The notes under the pieces are model-generated. The model saw only the letters and a program-made list of their open reading frames with translations, was not told the origin of the DNA and made no database searches. Shown here piece by piece: positions 31,468-41,588 of a stretch of DNA of 47,189 nucleotides (position 1 is the stretch's first letter; every line of letters begins with the position of its first letter). Origin of the DNA: Nitrospirota bacterium (lineage in GTDB: Bacteria; UBA2233); NCBI GenBank assembly GCA_011620345.1, contig WOZJ01000072.1, positions 1 to 47,189 on the forward strand. The letters run 5' to 3'. The translations under genes were made by a program, and so were the position numbers.

Positions 31468-32758
31468 GCCTATCGAGACCAAGGATGGAGTGCGCGCGTT
31501 TCTTTTTAAGGTTTCGAATAAGCACCAAAGGGCGTGGGAGGGCGCGCTCGGTACGGCCAGGGATATCCTTGCCAGGGTTCAATCCGACGGTGATGGGGCG
31601 CTTGCGGCGCTTGCGAAAGAGGTAGACGGCGTCGAAATCGAGCCAGAGTACTTCTTTGTCCCCCGAGGCGAAATCGAAACTCAAGCGGCCTTGCTTGACG
31701 TCGAGGCTAGGCTGGCGATCGAAGCGGCCGCGGATCGTATCGAGCGCTTTTTTTCGAAGGAACGCTATCCGGCAGTGAAGCTCGAAATCGAGGGGGGAGG
31801 GTTTCTCGAGCTCGATTCGCACCCCTACGAGCGGGTAGGCCTGTACGTGCCGGGCGGCCTTGCGTCTTACCCATCTAGCGTGTTAATGCTCGGCATTCCG
31901 GCAAGGATTGCGGGCGTCAAAGAACGGCTCGTGATTACGCCATGCCTAAAGGGAAAGATCCATCCTGCCCTTGCCTATGCGCTGATGCTTACAGAGATGA
32001 CGGAGGTTCTTAGGGTAGGCGGTCCGCACGGGTTGGCCGCTGCGGCGATAGGTACGTGGAGAGTCAGGAGGGTTGACAAGCTGTTCGGGCCCGGGAATCG
32101 GTACGTAACGGCCATGAAGCAGTGCCTGTTCGGACGCGTGGCGATCGATATGCTGGCCGGCCCCTCCGAGGTCGTCATTCTTGCGGATCAAAGCGCCAAC
32201 CCTCTGTGGGTCTGGTTGGATGCACTCGCCCAGCTCGAGCACGGCTCTGGTGACGAGCTTGCCGTTGTGGTAGCCCTATCGGAGCGCTTCGAAGATGCGT
32301 TTTGCAGCCTGAACCCGGAAGACTTCCTCGATGATCCTGAGCTTGCAGGCCGGGCCGCGGCGCTCAAGGAGGATGTGCTCCTTGTGCCTTGCCAAGACAA
32401 AGCGCTCGCCTTCCAAATCGCCAACGGCCTGGCCCCGGAGCATCTAAGCCTACAGGTGGAAAACCCCCAAGCGCTGCTTTCGTACGTCCGCCATGCCGGG
32501 GCCGTGTTCCTAGGCCACTACACGCCCGTAGCCCTGGGAGATTATGCGCTAGGAACCAACCACGTCTTGCCGACGGGCGGCTCGGCCAGGTTTTGGTCTG
32601 GCCTTAGCGTGGCCGAATTCTTAAGGAGAAGAACGGCCGCGTTTGTGACGAAAGAGGGGTTTGCTTTGCCCGCCGTTCCCTCTATACAGCTTGGGGCGCT
32701 GGAAGGGTTTGGCCTGCATGCCGCCTCGATCAAGCAGAGGTTTCAAAGAGATGAGTGA
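31454..32758 (+). CDS. hisD: Histidinol dehydrogenase
   Basis: GLYVPGG..SYPSS, GPGNRYV, IDMLAGPSE, QLEH, APEHL, GDY..GTNHVLPT. Confidence 0.96.
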   Translation: MQRLEPIETKDGVRAFLFKVSNKHQRAWEGALGTARDILARVQSDGDGALAALAKEVDGVEIEPEYFFVPRGEIETQAALLDVEARLAIEAAADRIERFFSKERYPAVKLEIEGGGFLELDSHPYERVGLYVPGGLASYPSSVLMLGIPARIAGVKERLVITPCLKGKIHPALAYALMLTEMTEVLRVGGPHGLAAAAIGTWRVRRVDKLFGPGNRYVTAMKQCLFGRVAIDMLAGPSEVVILADQSANPLWVWLDALAQLEHGSGDELAVVVALSERFEDAFCSLNPEDFLDDPELAGRAAALKEDVLLVPCQDKALAFQIANGLAPEHLSLQVENPQALLSYVRHAGAVFLGHYTPVALGDYALGTNHVLPTGGSARFWSGLSVAEFLRRRTAAFVTKEGFALPAVPSIQLGALEGFGLHAASIKQRFQRDE

Positions 32759-33335
32759 AAGACGGGCCCGCGTGTATCGGGAGACGCTCGAAACGAAGGT
32801 TGCCATCGAACTGGACCTGAACGGAGATGGGAGCACGAGACTTGAAAGCCCCCTGCCGTTCTTGAACCACATGCTCTCCCAGCTTTCCAAGCATGGCCGA
32901 ATAGGCATCGTGCTCGAAGCAAGCGGGGATACCGATGTCGACCCACACCATCTGATGGAAGATGTCGGCATCGTCCTTGGCGAGGCATTTCGCGAGGCGT
33001 TGGGCGACAAAACGGGGATCCGGCGCTTTGGCTGGGCTATGGTCCCGATGGATGACGCGCTTGCCTCCGTTGCCCTCGATGTCAGCGGAAGGCCCTATTT
33101 TATCTATAACGTCCCGCTTCGCAACGCCCGCGTTGGACAGATGGAGGCCGATTTGTTTGAAGAGCTCCTAAGAGCCTTCGTTTTCTCGGCAAAGGCTTGC
33201 CTGCACGTAAACATTCCCTATGCCCAAAACCCCCACCACATGATCGAGGCCGTTTTCAAGGCCCTTGCGCTTGCCATGAAGCAAGCCCTACAGGACGAAG
33301 GTTCCGGCATTCCCTCGACCAAGGGAGTGCTGTGA
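32751..33335 (+). CDS. hisB: Imidazoleglycerol-phosphate dehydratase
   Basis: RETLET, FLNHML, VDPHHLMED, PMDDA, NPHHMIEA.FKA, IPSTKG; ATG 32751. Confidence 0.96.
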   Translation: MSERRARVYRETLETKVAIELDLNGDGSTRLESPLPFLNHMLSQLSKHGRIGIVLEASGDTDVDPHHLMEDVGIVLGEAFREALGDKTGIRRFGWAMVPMDDALASVALDVSGRPYFIYNVPLRNARVGQMEADLFEELLRAFVFSAKACLHVNIPYAQNPHHMIEAVFKALALAMKQALQDEGSGIPSTKGVL

Positions 33336-33979
33336 TGGCCTCAGAGCGTTCCTTCGCCCTGATTCATTCGGGCAGGGGCAACATCAAAAGCCTAATGAAC
33401 GCTCTTGAGCGCATCGGAGCCGCGTATTTTATTGCGAAGGCCCCAAGTGAGATCGAGCGCGCGCAAGGGGTCATCTTTCCGGGCGTGGGGTCGTTTGGGG
33501 CGCTCATGGAATTTTTGCGGAACGAAGGGTTTGAGGAAGGGCTCGTCCGGGCGATCCGTAAAGGCATGCCCTACCTTGGGATTTGCGTGGGGATGCAGGT
33601 CTTGTTCGAGCGAAGCGAGGAGTTTGGCAGCCATAAAGGCCTTGGCGTCCTCGAAGGGGACGTTGTCCAGTTGCAGAGAGAGGACCCGGCAATGAAGGTT
33701 CCTCACGTCGGATGGAACCAGGTGAGCCTTCGGTGTGAACGCCGGCATAAGTTTGAGCCCCCATGGGAGGGAAAGGACCCGTTCTTCTACTTTACCCATT
33801 CGTTCGTTTGCAGGCCGAGTGATGATGATTCCCTCCTTGGGGCTACCGACTACTTCGGAGAGTTCGCTTCGCTCGTCAAAAAGGAGAACGTCCTTGCTTG
33901 CCAGTTCCACCCAGAAAGGAGCGGCCAGGCGGGCCTGGATTTTCTTGCGTGGTTTGTCCGGAGCTTTGCACTTCATTAG
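33335..33979 (+). CDS. hisH: Imidazole glycerol phosphate synthase amidotransferase subunit
   Basis: PGVGSF, GICVGMQ, PHVGWN, YFTHSF, QFHPERS; ATG 33335. Confidence 0.96.
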   Translation: MASERSFALIHSGRGNIKSLMNALERIGAAYFIAKAPSEIERAQGVIFPGVGSFGALMEFLRNEGFEEGLVRAIRKGMPYLGICVGMQVLFERSEEFGSHKGLGVLEGDVVQLQREDPAMKVPHVGWNQVSLRCERRHKFEPPWEGKDPFFYFTHSFVCRPSDDDSLLGATDYFGEFASLVKKENVLACQFHPERSGQAGLDFLAWFVRSFALH

Positions 33980-33993
33980 GAGATAAGGGTTTT

Positions 33994-34719
33994 ATGGAAA
34001 TTCTGCCCGCCGTTGACATAAAGGACGGCAAAGTCATCCGCCTCAAGCATGGGGACCCTGCCAAGAAAACGCTCTACCCTCAAGACCCTTTCGCTCTGGC
34101 CGAACGCTACTTCCTGGAAGGGGCGAGCATGCTGCACGTGGTTGACCTCGATAGGGCGTTTGGAGAACCTTCCCATAACGAAGCGCTCATTCTTTCCCTT
34201 ATCGAGCGGTTCCCCGGAAGGCTCCAAATCGGAGGTGGAGTGAGGGAGGCTGGAATCCTGGAGCGCTTCCTAAAAGCGGGCGCATCAAGGGTTGTTGTCG
34301 GAACGCTTGCCTTCCGAAGCCCAGACGAGGTGCTCGACCTAGCCGTTGCAAACCAAGGAAGGGTGTGTATCGCGCTCGATTGCAAGGGGGGAAGGCTGCA
34401 GGCCAACGGATGGGTTCAGGATGCCCCGTGCGGACTTCAAGAGGCACTAGGGCGTTTTCAATCCACCAAAGCTTTGGGGCCTTACATTGTCACGCAGGTG
34501 GAGCGCGACGGTACGCTCGAGGGCCCGGATATCGAGCTCGTTCGTCAGGCCGTGCTCCTCGGGGCGCATCGGGTAATCCTCTCCGGAGGTATCGGGACTC
34601 TCGAGCATATCGCGGCCGTAAAAAGGGCGGGGCTTTCCCAAATCGAGGGCGTAATCGTAGGCAAGGCACTACTCGAGGGGCGCTTTGCACTTTCCCAGGC
34701 GATTCTGGAAGCTTCCTGA
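33994..34719 (+). CDS. hisA: ProFAR isomerase
   Basis: [47 protein letters not shown] 33994. Confidence 0.96.
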   Translation: MEILPAVDIKDGKVIRLKHGDPAKKTLYPQDPFALAERYFLEGASMLHVVDLDRAFGEPSHNEALILSLIERFPGRLQIGGGVREAGILERFLKAGASRVVVGTLAFRSPDEVLDLAVANQGRVCIALDCKGGRLQANGWVQDAPCGLQEALGRFQSTKALGPYIVTQVERDGTLEGPDIELVRQAVLLGAHRVILSGGIGTLEHIAAVKRAGLSQIEGVIVGKALLEGRFALSQAILEAS

Positions 34720-35480
34720 TGCTGGCCAAGCGCATCATTCCTTGCTTGGACGTGGCCAAGGGGCGCGTCGTCAAGGGAGTGAAGTTCCGGGACATTCAAG
34801 ACGCCGGGGATCCCGTCGAAGCGGGTTACTTTTACGCCCAGCAGGGGGCGGACGAGCTGTTTTTTTTGGACATCGACGCCTCCTTCGAGAATCGCGAGAC
34901 GATGGCGGATGTTGTCGAACGAACGGCCAAGAATGTGTTCATCCCGCTCGGTGTGGGCGGGGGCATCAAGACGCTTCGTGATATCGAGACTCTCCTTAGG
35001 GCGGGGGCCGACAAGGTTTCGATAAACACGCATGCCGTGTTGCATCCGACGTTTGTTCGGGAAGCGGCCAAGGCGTTCGGAAGCCAGTGCATCGTCGTCG
35101 CCATAGACGCCAAGCACAACAAGGCCTCCAACGGATACTTCGTCTATACGTACGGCGCCCGAAAGGAAACTTCGCTCGACGCGCTCGAATGGGCAAGGCA
35201 AGTAGAGGAGCTGGGCGCCGGCGAGATTTTGCTTACCAGCATTGACAGGGACGGGACAAGGCAGGGATACGATCTCGAGCTGACAAGGATGCTTGGCCTT
35301 TCCCTTTCGATCCCCGTGATTGCCTCCGGCGGCGTGGGGAGCCCAGAGCATATCCTTCAGGCGTTCACTTTGGGTCTTTCGGATGCGGCGCTTGCGGCCA
35401 GCATCTTCCATTTTGGAGAGCACTCGATTGCTGAAGTCAAGCGTTACCTTCAAGAAAGAGGGGTTTGCGTACGCCTATGA
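34719..35480 (+). CDS. hisF: Imidazole glycerol phosphate synthase cyclase subunit
   Basis: [49 protein letters not shown] 34719. Confidence 0.97.
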   Translation: MLAKRIIPCLDVAKGRVVKGVKFRDIQDAGDPVEAGYFYAQQGADELFFLDIDASFENRETMADVVERTAKNVFIPLGVGGGIKTLRDIETLLRAGADKVSINTHAVLHPTFVREAAKAFGSQCIVVAIDAKHNKASNGYFVYTYGARKETSLDALEWARQVEELGAGEILLTSIDRDGTRQGYDLELTRMLGLSLSIPVIASGGVGSPEHILQAFTLGLSDAALAASIFHFGEHSIAEVKRYLQERGVCVRL

Positions 35481-36208
35481 CCATGCCTTCTGTTCGTTTC
35501 GACGCCTCCGGGCTGATCCCCGCGATCGCGGTCTGCAAGGATACGAAAGCCGTGTTGATGCTTGCCTACATGAACGAAGAAAGCCTAGCGTTGACGCTCA
35601 AGACGGGTTACGTACACTACTATTCCCGCTCGCGGGGCAAAATATGGAAGAAGGGGGAGGTTTCCGGCCATACTCAAAGGCTAGAGAGCCTCTGGGTCGA
35701 TTGCGATGCGGACGCCATTCTTGTGGAAGTCGAGCAAAAAGGGGCCTGCTGCCACGAAGGCTATCCCAGCTGTTTTTTTAGGAAGGTTGACGCGGGCCCG
35801 GCAGAACATGCGGGGATTCCAAGAATCGAACTCGAGCGTAAGTTCGACCCCAAAGAGGTGTACGGCAAAAGAGCTGCCAGTCCTCATGCTCTCGACAAGC
35901 TGTTTTCCGTGATCGAAAGCAGGAAGGCTTCTACACCCGAGGAGAGCTACGTAGCCTCGCTTTTCGCAAAAGGCCCTGCGGCGATCGAGGCCAAGGTTCA
36001 AGAGGAAATAGAAGAGCTCTTCGAAGCGGCACGCGAAGGCGACGACCAGCACACGATCCATGAGGCGGCCGATGTGCTGTTCCATACGCTCGTACTCCTT
36101 TCCCATTCCGGAATCCCAGCCAAACTGGTCTGGGAGGAGCTCGAAAGGCGTTCCGGGACAAGCGGTCATGAAGAGAAGCTAAGGCGCAGTAGCCCTCATG
36201 AGCCTTAA
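35477..36208 (+). CDS. hisIE: Bifunctional PR-AMP cyclohydrolase / PR-ATP pyrophosphatase
   Basis: MLAYMN, YSRSR..W.KGE.SG, DCDAD, CHEG..SCF; then [20 protein letters not shown]. Confidence 0.95.
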   Translation: MTMPSVRFDASGLIPAIAVCKDTKAVLMLAYMNEESLALTLKTGYVHYYSRSRGKIWKKGEVSGHTQRLESLWVDCDADAILVEVEQKGACCHEGYPSCFFRKVDAGPAEHAGIPRIELERKFDPKEVYGKRAASPHALDKLFSVIESRKASTPEESYVASLFAKGPAAIEAKVQEEIEELFEAAREGDDQHTIHEAADVLFHTLVLLSHSGIPAKLVWEELERRSGTSGHEEKLRRSSPHEP

Positions 36209-36932
36209 GGGGAAGCGGGTCTTTGTGGCAGGCGGCACCGGGAAAATCGGCGAGGCCTTGCTTCGGGCCTTGAGTCGGAAAGGGGCCAGGGTTTATTTCA
36301 GTTATTGCACAGGAAAAGAGAGGGCGGAGGCTCTAGCCAGGGATCTGGCGCTTCCTAAGCCTCTTTTCTTGGATGTGGGCGATTCAAAGGCGGCAGAGGA
36401 AGCCCGAGATGCGACGCTTGAGACGCTTCAAGGGGTGGATGCGCTCGTCAACGCAACCGGTGTTTGGGTGAGGGCTCCGCTAGAGCGCGCTACGGCTGAA
36501 GAGATGGAGCACGTCTTTCGAGTGAACCTGCTTGGTCCGTTGTACCTCGTCAAGGCGTTTCTTCCCGCGCTTAGGGCCAACCAGGACGGCGGGTCGGTCG
36601 TTTTGTTCGGCTCGTCAGGCCGTGAGCTCGAAGCCCCATCCCAAAGCTTTTACGCCGCAAGCAAGGCTGGCGTGACAGGCATGGTCCGTGCGCTTGCCTT
36701 TGAGCTCGCCCCTATGGGCGTGAGGATCAACGCGGTTGCCCCTCGCTACACCCTTTCAATCAAAAAGGCGGAGGAGAAACGCCTGAAGGAGTCCACGCTC
36801 CCTTTGATTGCAAGGAGCTTTTCGCACCCTATGGACGTGGCGGAGGTGGTGAAGTTTCTGATCTCGGAGGAATCCGGGATTGTTTCAGGCCAAACGATCG
36901 AGCTGGAGGTGTCGTTTGGGTATTCTGGATAG
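36198..36932 (+). CDS. Short-chain dehydrogenase/reductase (SDR)
   Basis: GGTGKIG Rossmann motif, YAASK, RINAVAP, VSGQ. Confidence 0.9.
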   Translation: MSLKGKRVFVAGGTGKIGEALLRALSRKGARVYFSYCTGKERAEALARDLALPKPLFLDVGDSKAAEEARDATLETLQGVDALVNATGVWVRAPLERATAEEMEHVFRVNLLGPLYLVKAFLPALRANQDGGSVVLFGSSGRELEAPSQSFYAASKAGVTGMVRALAFELAPMGVRINAVAPRYTLSIKKAEEKRLKESTLPLIARSFSHPMDVAEVVKFLISEESGIVSGQTIELEVSFGYSG

Positions 36933-37572
36933 CTTCGTGCACCTCCTTGTAGGGCTTGTCGGCCAGATGGGCTACTTCGGGATCTTCTTTTTGATGACGA
37001 TCGAAAGCTCGCTTGTCCCTTTCCCTAGCGAGGTCGTTATGATCCCCGCGGGTTACCTTGCCCAAAAAGGCGAGCTCAACCTTTATCTCGCCATCCTGGT
37101 TGGCACCCTTGGAAGCCTGGTTGGCGCTTACGTCAACTATGCGCTCGCCTACGGGCTTGGCAGACCTTTCTTTGAAAAGTACGGCAAGTACTTGTTCGTT
37201 TCCAGGGAAGATTTCGAGCGGGCGTGCCGTTTTTTTACCCGCTACGGGCCGTTTACTACGTTCATCGGCAGGCTTTTGCCCGTAATTCGTCAGCTGATCT
37301 CGCTACCCGCCGGGCTCGCTGCGATGGGCCTCGCCCCCTTCAGTCTTTACACGGCTCTTGGGGCTGGGTTATGGGTGAGCGTGTTGGCGCTCCTTGGGTA
37401 CCTTGTCGGGGACAACGATGTGCTCGTTCGAGCGTACCTTGAAAGGTTCCAGGCATTTCTCATTGCCGGCTGCATCTTCGGCCTTGCCCTGTATGCCCTA
37501 GCCCGCGCCCGCAAGCGCAAACGGAACCGGGCGCGCTCAGCGAGCTCAAAGGAGGAAGAACGCGCGCTTTAA
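36916..37572 (+). CDS. DedA family membrane protein
   Basis: [37 protein letters not shown] 36916 after GGAGG. Confidence 0.92.
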   Translation: MGILDSFVHLLVGLVGQMGYFGIFFLMTIESSLVPFPSEVVMIPAGYLAQKGELNLYLAILVGTLGSLVGAYVNYALAYGLGRPFFEKYGKYLFVSREDFERACRFFTRYGPFTTFIGRLLPVIRQLISLPAGLAAMGLAPFSLYTALGAGLWVSVLALLGYLVGDNDVLVRAYLERFQAFLIAGCIFGLALYALARARKRKRNRARSASSKEEERAL

Positions 37573-37576
37573 GAGG

Positions 37577-38440
37577 TCAAGGCCCCCCGCGCCTTAGGTA
37601 GCGCTGGGTAAACAGGTCTTCCTTTAGCCCCGTATTGTAACGGGCTTCTTCGAGGATTAGCTGTGTCTTATGGTTGGTTTTGATGTTGTGCATTTCCATA
37701 AAAAAGATTGTGGGGATGCCGTCGACCTCTCGAAAATCCCGGCACGTCGCAATCTTGAAGGCCTTTGAAGCGTTATCCCAGTCAAAAAGCTCGATCTTGA
37801 CGGGAAGGAAGGTTTTCTTGTCGATTGCGTAACGAATCTTGGCGTAAGGGTACCCCTTGTCGTTCGGGACTGCCTCGATGGCGTAGCAGTCGAACCCGCC
37901 TTCATTCACGTCCGGCCCTTTGGAATAACGGAACTCTTCCAAGCCTCTTTCCTCAAGGTCGCTGAAAGAGAGATCCGACCCCACGAAGCCCTCACCTTTC
38001 CCCGAAGAGGTGATCCGGCGGACCCTCTCGTAAGCGGGCAGGTACAGCCATTGCTCGTCGTCTTTGTCCTCGTACGACCAGACAAGCAGGGCCGTACCTT
38101 TCACGTCCGCGGGGGCGCTGAAAACGATCAGGGATTTGCTCCCGTTTTCAAGCGTTAGCCTGTAGGTGACCATCGTGCGATCTATTTTGGCGCCTTTTGA
38201 ATCGATCAGCACCATGCGCGCGCGTGAGGTGCCATCCTTCGCCCTGTCCGAGATCGATGTCATACGCCGGACGATTTCTTTGGCGGAAAGCTCTTCCGTG
38301 GCCCCAAGCCTTGGCTGTAGCCCAAGGAAGACGACGATACAGGCCAGCGGAAGATACCAAGCCGTCAAGCCTTTTCGCCTCGAAGGCTTTAGGCTGGAGC
38401 CTTCGGTTAACGCTCGATGGGCAAGCCTTTTTGGCTCCAT
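37577..38440 (-). CDS. Outer-membrane lipoprotein-sorting (LolA-like) protein
   Basis: Signal-like N-terminus, F..PADVKGT.LL, DDEQWLYLPA..RVRRI, FVGSDLSFSD, FT.RYL; true start may be downstream. Confidence 0.85.
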   Translation of the reverse strand: MEPKRLAHRALTEGSSLKPSRRKGLTAWYLPLACIVVFLGLQPRLGATEELSAKEIVRRMTSISDRAKDGTSRARMVLIDSKGAKIDRTMVTYRLTLENGSKSLIVFSAPADVKGTALLVWSYEDKDDEQWLYLPAYERVRRITSSGKGEGFVGSDLSFSDLEERGLEEFRYSKGPDVNEGGFDCYAIEAVPNDKGYPYAKIRYAIDKKTFLPVKIELFDWDNASKAFKIATCRDFREVDGIPTIFFMEMHNIKTNHKTQLILEEARYNTGLKEDLFTQRYLRRGGP

Positions 38441-38847
38441 TCGGGGTATCCTCCCTCGTAGATCCTAAATTCTTCATAGCCCAAACCCTTGGCTTGAATT
38501 GCCGCCTTACAGGCCGCGGAGCACTGGGGCCCTGCGCAATAGAAAATGATCAGCGTTTTTTGGTCTTTTGGCAGAAGGCTGCGGAAGGCTGGCTGCTTGA
38601 TCTTGTCGGCGGGGACGTTTAAAGCGCCCGGGATATGGCCCAGCTTGAATCCCTCTTGGGTCCTTGCATCCACAACGACAAGCTCGCTCCCCTTCTCTTG
38701 GCGGAGCTTCTGAAGCTCGTCTAGCGATATGACCCTTTCTTTGCACGAAGCCAAATTCTCGCGGGCCTTGTTGCGGGCGGGAAATCCAAGAAGCAGTGTT
38801 GCGATCAAAAGCACAAAAAGTCCCGAATATACGGGGTATTTTCTCAT
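38407..38847 (-). CDS. Exported rhodanese-domain protein
   Basis: N-terminal hydrophobic segment, VVDAR....GHIPGA.N, FYCAGPQC, YEGGYPEW. Confidence 0.88.
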   Translation of the reverse strand: MRKYPVYSGLFVLLIATLLLGFPARNKARENLASCKERVISLDELQKLRQEKGSELVVVDARTQEGFKLGHIPGALNVPADKIKQPAFRSLLPKDQKTLIIFYCAGPQCSAACKAAIQAKGLGYEEFRIYEGGYPEWSQKGLPIER

Positions 38848-40355
38848 TCCCCTTCCTCCGCCGGATGATTAGGTGATGGGTTTAACACGTCATAGAGGTC
38901 AAGCACGTTTATACTATCAATGAGCAGCTGGCCTGTCAATCGAGGCAACCCGAGGTTTTCGAGCTCCTGGCCAATTGCGGAGTACATTCCGCCGAAGCTT
39001 CGAGTGTTTCTGAACGCTTCGGTCAAGAATGTAACCCAAGCGTTGACGAGCCGGGCGGCGTTTTGTGAGGGTTCTTTGGTTTCTGCCAGATCATGGGCGT
39101 TCGGGTCGATTAGCCTTCCTAGATCAACGGGCAAGTACGGCACCTGGCCTGGATGCCCCAAAGAAACCCACAGAGTCCGGCGTTTTGGCTCCATGACGAA
39201 CCCCACGGTGGTCGAGACCTGAAGCAGGTCGTCTAAAAGTGGGACGTAGGGTAGCCCCATAGGCTGATTGATTTCTTCTTGGAGCGTATGGGTATGGCGT
39301 TCGATTGTCCACCAGCTTCCCGATTCTCTGCCAAAGAAAGGCTTGCCCCCGTTCGTGTCGGCCGTGAAAGACTGAATGTCTTGGAGCGTGATGTTTCCGT
39401 AGTGCAAGCGCAGAAGCTCGTACATCCTTGCCTCCCTGGCCATCGAGCCGAAAGCGGCGTAGGCGTCGGATGCCCCTCCGTACATAGGGTTCTCGGGTGA
39501 GCAGGTAGTGAGTTCCTGAGGTAGGTAGTCGTAGCAGTTTGCCCTTGCCAGGATTCCGTTGTCGCCAAACGCGCTTGCGATGAAATGCGACGTGAATTCG
39601 ACGGTCCCGATCCCTCCTGTGGCATCGGCAATGCTAAAGCTCCAGTTGGTGAAGTTCCCCCAGAAGTAGTCGTCCGTGGAGAAGCGAGGGACGTTCTCGA
39701 GCAGGTTGACCGCCTCCTTTACGCTCCTGCAACGCTCCATGATGAGTAGGCTTAATTCAAACGGTGTAAGCCCCTCGCCCGAGTCGGACACCGTAATCGA
39801 GGCGCCGGCCAAAGAAAGCCCTTTTTCATTCATCAAGCCGATACCCAACAGGTAAGGAATTCCAAGGACCAGGGTTTTGTACCCATTCTCAGGGCTGGTC
39901 ACGCTAAGCAAGGGCAGGGCAAACAACGGCTTGGCGATATTGACCAGGTCCAGGTTCCAGGATAGATAAACAGCGTTGTCTTTGGTTGCAGGAGGGGCGC
40001 TTGCCGACTGGGCGCAGTTAAACTTGGTCAAAAACATCGATACGAGCCCAAGCTCATCGAGCCCAACGCCACTTCCTTGTGCAATACCCCTAAGGCGTTC
40101 GAGCTGTTCAGGCCAGTTTTCCTGGAGGGTTCTCAAATGGGTTTGAGCCATCGCAAGGCCCCTTTGCATTGTTTCGTCATCCTTGCCCTGGGTTGCGCGC
40201 TCCGAGGCCTGTTTTAGCAGGGATTTTGTGCTCTGGCCAATGCGAACCCCCTCTTCGAAGGCCGAAGGGGCGGCAAAGCTGAAAGCAGGCAGGACTACAA
40301 CGAGCATCAGCGCGAGCCAGGCCAGCAGGCAAGGCTTGGAAAACGGTTTCGGCAT
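38844..40355 (-). CDS. Secreted C45-family Ntn-hydrolase (acyltransferase/peptidase-like)
   Basis: Sec signal (AFSFA/A), E.LRGIAQGSG pro-region, candidate nucleophile NC, WNLD, GLMNEKGL, IMERC.SV.EA, IADATG. Confidence 0.78.
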   Translation of the reverse strand: MPKPFSKPCLLAWLALMLVVVLPAFSFAAPSAFEEGVRIGQSTKSLLKQASERATQGKDDETMQRGLAMAQTHLRTLQENWPEQLERLRGIAQGSGVGLDELGLVSMFLTKFNCAQSASAPPATKDNAVYLSWNLDLVNIAKPLFALPLLSVTSPENGYKTLVLGIPYLLGIGLMNEKGLSLAGASITVSDSGEGLTPFELSLLIMERCRSVKEAVNLLENVPRFSTDDYFWGNFTNWSFSIADATGGIGTVEFTSHFIASAFGDNGILARANCYDYLPQELTTCSPENPMYGGASDAYAAFGSMAREARMYELLRLHYGNITLQDIQSFTADTNGGKPFFGRESGSWWTIERHTHTLQEEINQPMGLPYVPLLDDLLQVSTTVGFVMEPKRRTLWVSLGHPGQVPYLPVDLGRLIDPNAHDLAETKEPSQNAARLVNAWVTFLTEAFRNTRSFGGMYSAIGQELENLGLPRLTGQLLIDSINVLDLYDVLNPSPNHPAEEGE

Positions 40356-40454
40356 GGTGGGGTTTTCCTTCCCGGCGTGAGTTGTTTACGATAACGTCTG
40401 GAAGTTTACACAATTTCGGCCGTTGTTGGCCAGCCTTTGGGATGAGGGTGATGT

Positions 40455-41441
40455 ATGGATATTCGCCAAGAGTGGGTTGTTTCTTCGCTTCTTCTCGCTA
40501 TGCTGATCGCCTTATGCCTGATCGGCGTTTTCGTGTGGGCAAGAAAAAGGCGTCGTAGGCCTTCGTTTGCCCCGAAGCCTAACTTGTGGAAACGCCTAAG
40601 GCCTCTTTGGACGGGAAAGGGGCAGCTTCCCCTAGACTGGAAGGAGAAGCTTGAAGAGGCGCTCTTGAGTGCCGATGTTGGGTACCGGGCAACCCATGAA
40701 ATCCTGGCCTCTCTTGGGCGGCAGCTCGCCCAATCTGCCGGGTTTGAAGAGGTTCAGGCCATGCTTATGCAGCAAATCGTCGCGATCCTCAAAGCTTCCC
40801 CGGCGAATACCGAAGGGCTTTGGGACGAAAGGCAAGCTTGTCTGATCATAGGCGTCAACGGATCGGGTAAGACTACGACACTTGTCAAGCTTGCCAGGCA
40901 TATCCAGGGCAAAGGCAAAAAGGTGCTGTTGGCAGCCTGCGATACGTTCCGTGCCGGGGCCGTTTCTCAGCTCGAGATTCTTGCCGGACGCGCAGCCGTT
41001 CCGGTCGTCAAGGGGGAACCCAAACAGAGCCCGTCTGCCGTCCTGTACGACGCCATTCGCGTGTTCGAAGCGCAGGGGATGGATACGCTTCTTGTGGATA
41101 CGGCTGGTAGATTGCACACAAAGGCGCCGTTGATCGAGGAGTTAAAAAAGATGAGACGGGTCGCGGAGTCTTCAGGGTTTCCTGTCCGCGTTCTTCTTGT
41201 CCTCGATGCTACCCAGGGTCAGAATGCGCTCGAGCAGGCGCGCCAATTCGTTCAAGCGGTCGGAGCCCAAGGGGTTATTCTGACCAAAATGGACGGAACG
41301 GCAAAGGGCGGGATCGTCTTGGCGATCGCGATGGAACTAGGATTGCCGGTATATTTTCTAGGCGTCGGGGAAGATCTTGAGGACCTGCTTTTGTTTGACC
41401 CTTCTTCTTACGCTGAAGCCCTGCTTTCTAGGTCTTTTTGA
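40455..41441 (+). CDS. ftsY: Signal recognition particle receptor FtsY
   Basis: LLSADVG, GVNGSGKTTT, DTFRAGA, DTAGRL, DATQGQN, TKMDGTAKGG; N-terminal TM anchor. Confidence 0.97.
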   Translation: MDIRQEWVVSSLLLAMLIALCLIGVFVWARKRRRRPSFAPKPNLWKRLRPLWTGKGQLPLDWKEKLEEALLSADVGYRATHEILASLGRQLAQSAGFEEVQAMLMQQIVAILKASPANTEGLWDERQACLIIGVNGSGKTTTLVKLARHIQGKGKKVLLAACDTFRAGAVSQLEILAGRAAVPVVKGEPKQSPSAVLYDAIRVFEAQGMDTLLVDTAGRLHTKAPLIEELKKMRRVAESSGFPVRVLLVLDATQGQNALEQARQFVQAVGAQGVILTKMDGTAKGGIVLAIAMELGLPVYFLGVGEDLEDLLLFDPSSYAEALLSRSF

Positions 41442-41451
41442 GCTCTTCAGG

Positions 41452-41481
41452 TTGTCCCCTGATCTGTATCCGTGCTAACCT
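41452..41481 (+). promoter_or_regulatory. Putative promoter for small ORF and 6S RNA
   Basis: TTGTCC-18 nt-TAACCT with TG extension; GTGCTAACCT is identical to the element upstream of tRNA-Ala. Confidence 0.5.
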
Positions 41482-41496
41482 ATAAGGTAAAGGAAA

Positions 41497-41586
41497 ATGG
41501 GTAATCTACACATCCAGCGGTCGAGAACAAGAAGAAAGCTGGCTAAACGGCAAAGGAAGGCTGTTCAAACGCCTAGGAACTCGTAA
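41497..41586 (+). CDS. Putative 29-aa basic peptide MGNLHIQRSRTRRKLAKRQRKAVQTPRNS
   Basis: ATG preceded by AAGGTAAAGGA, TAA at 41584-41586; below the ORF-track cutoff. Confidence 0.45.
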   Translation: MGNLHIQRSRTRRKLAKRQRKAVQTPRNS

Positions 41587-41588
41587 TT

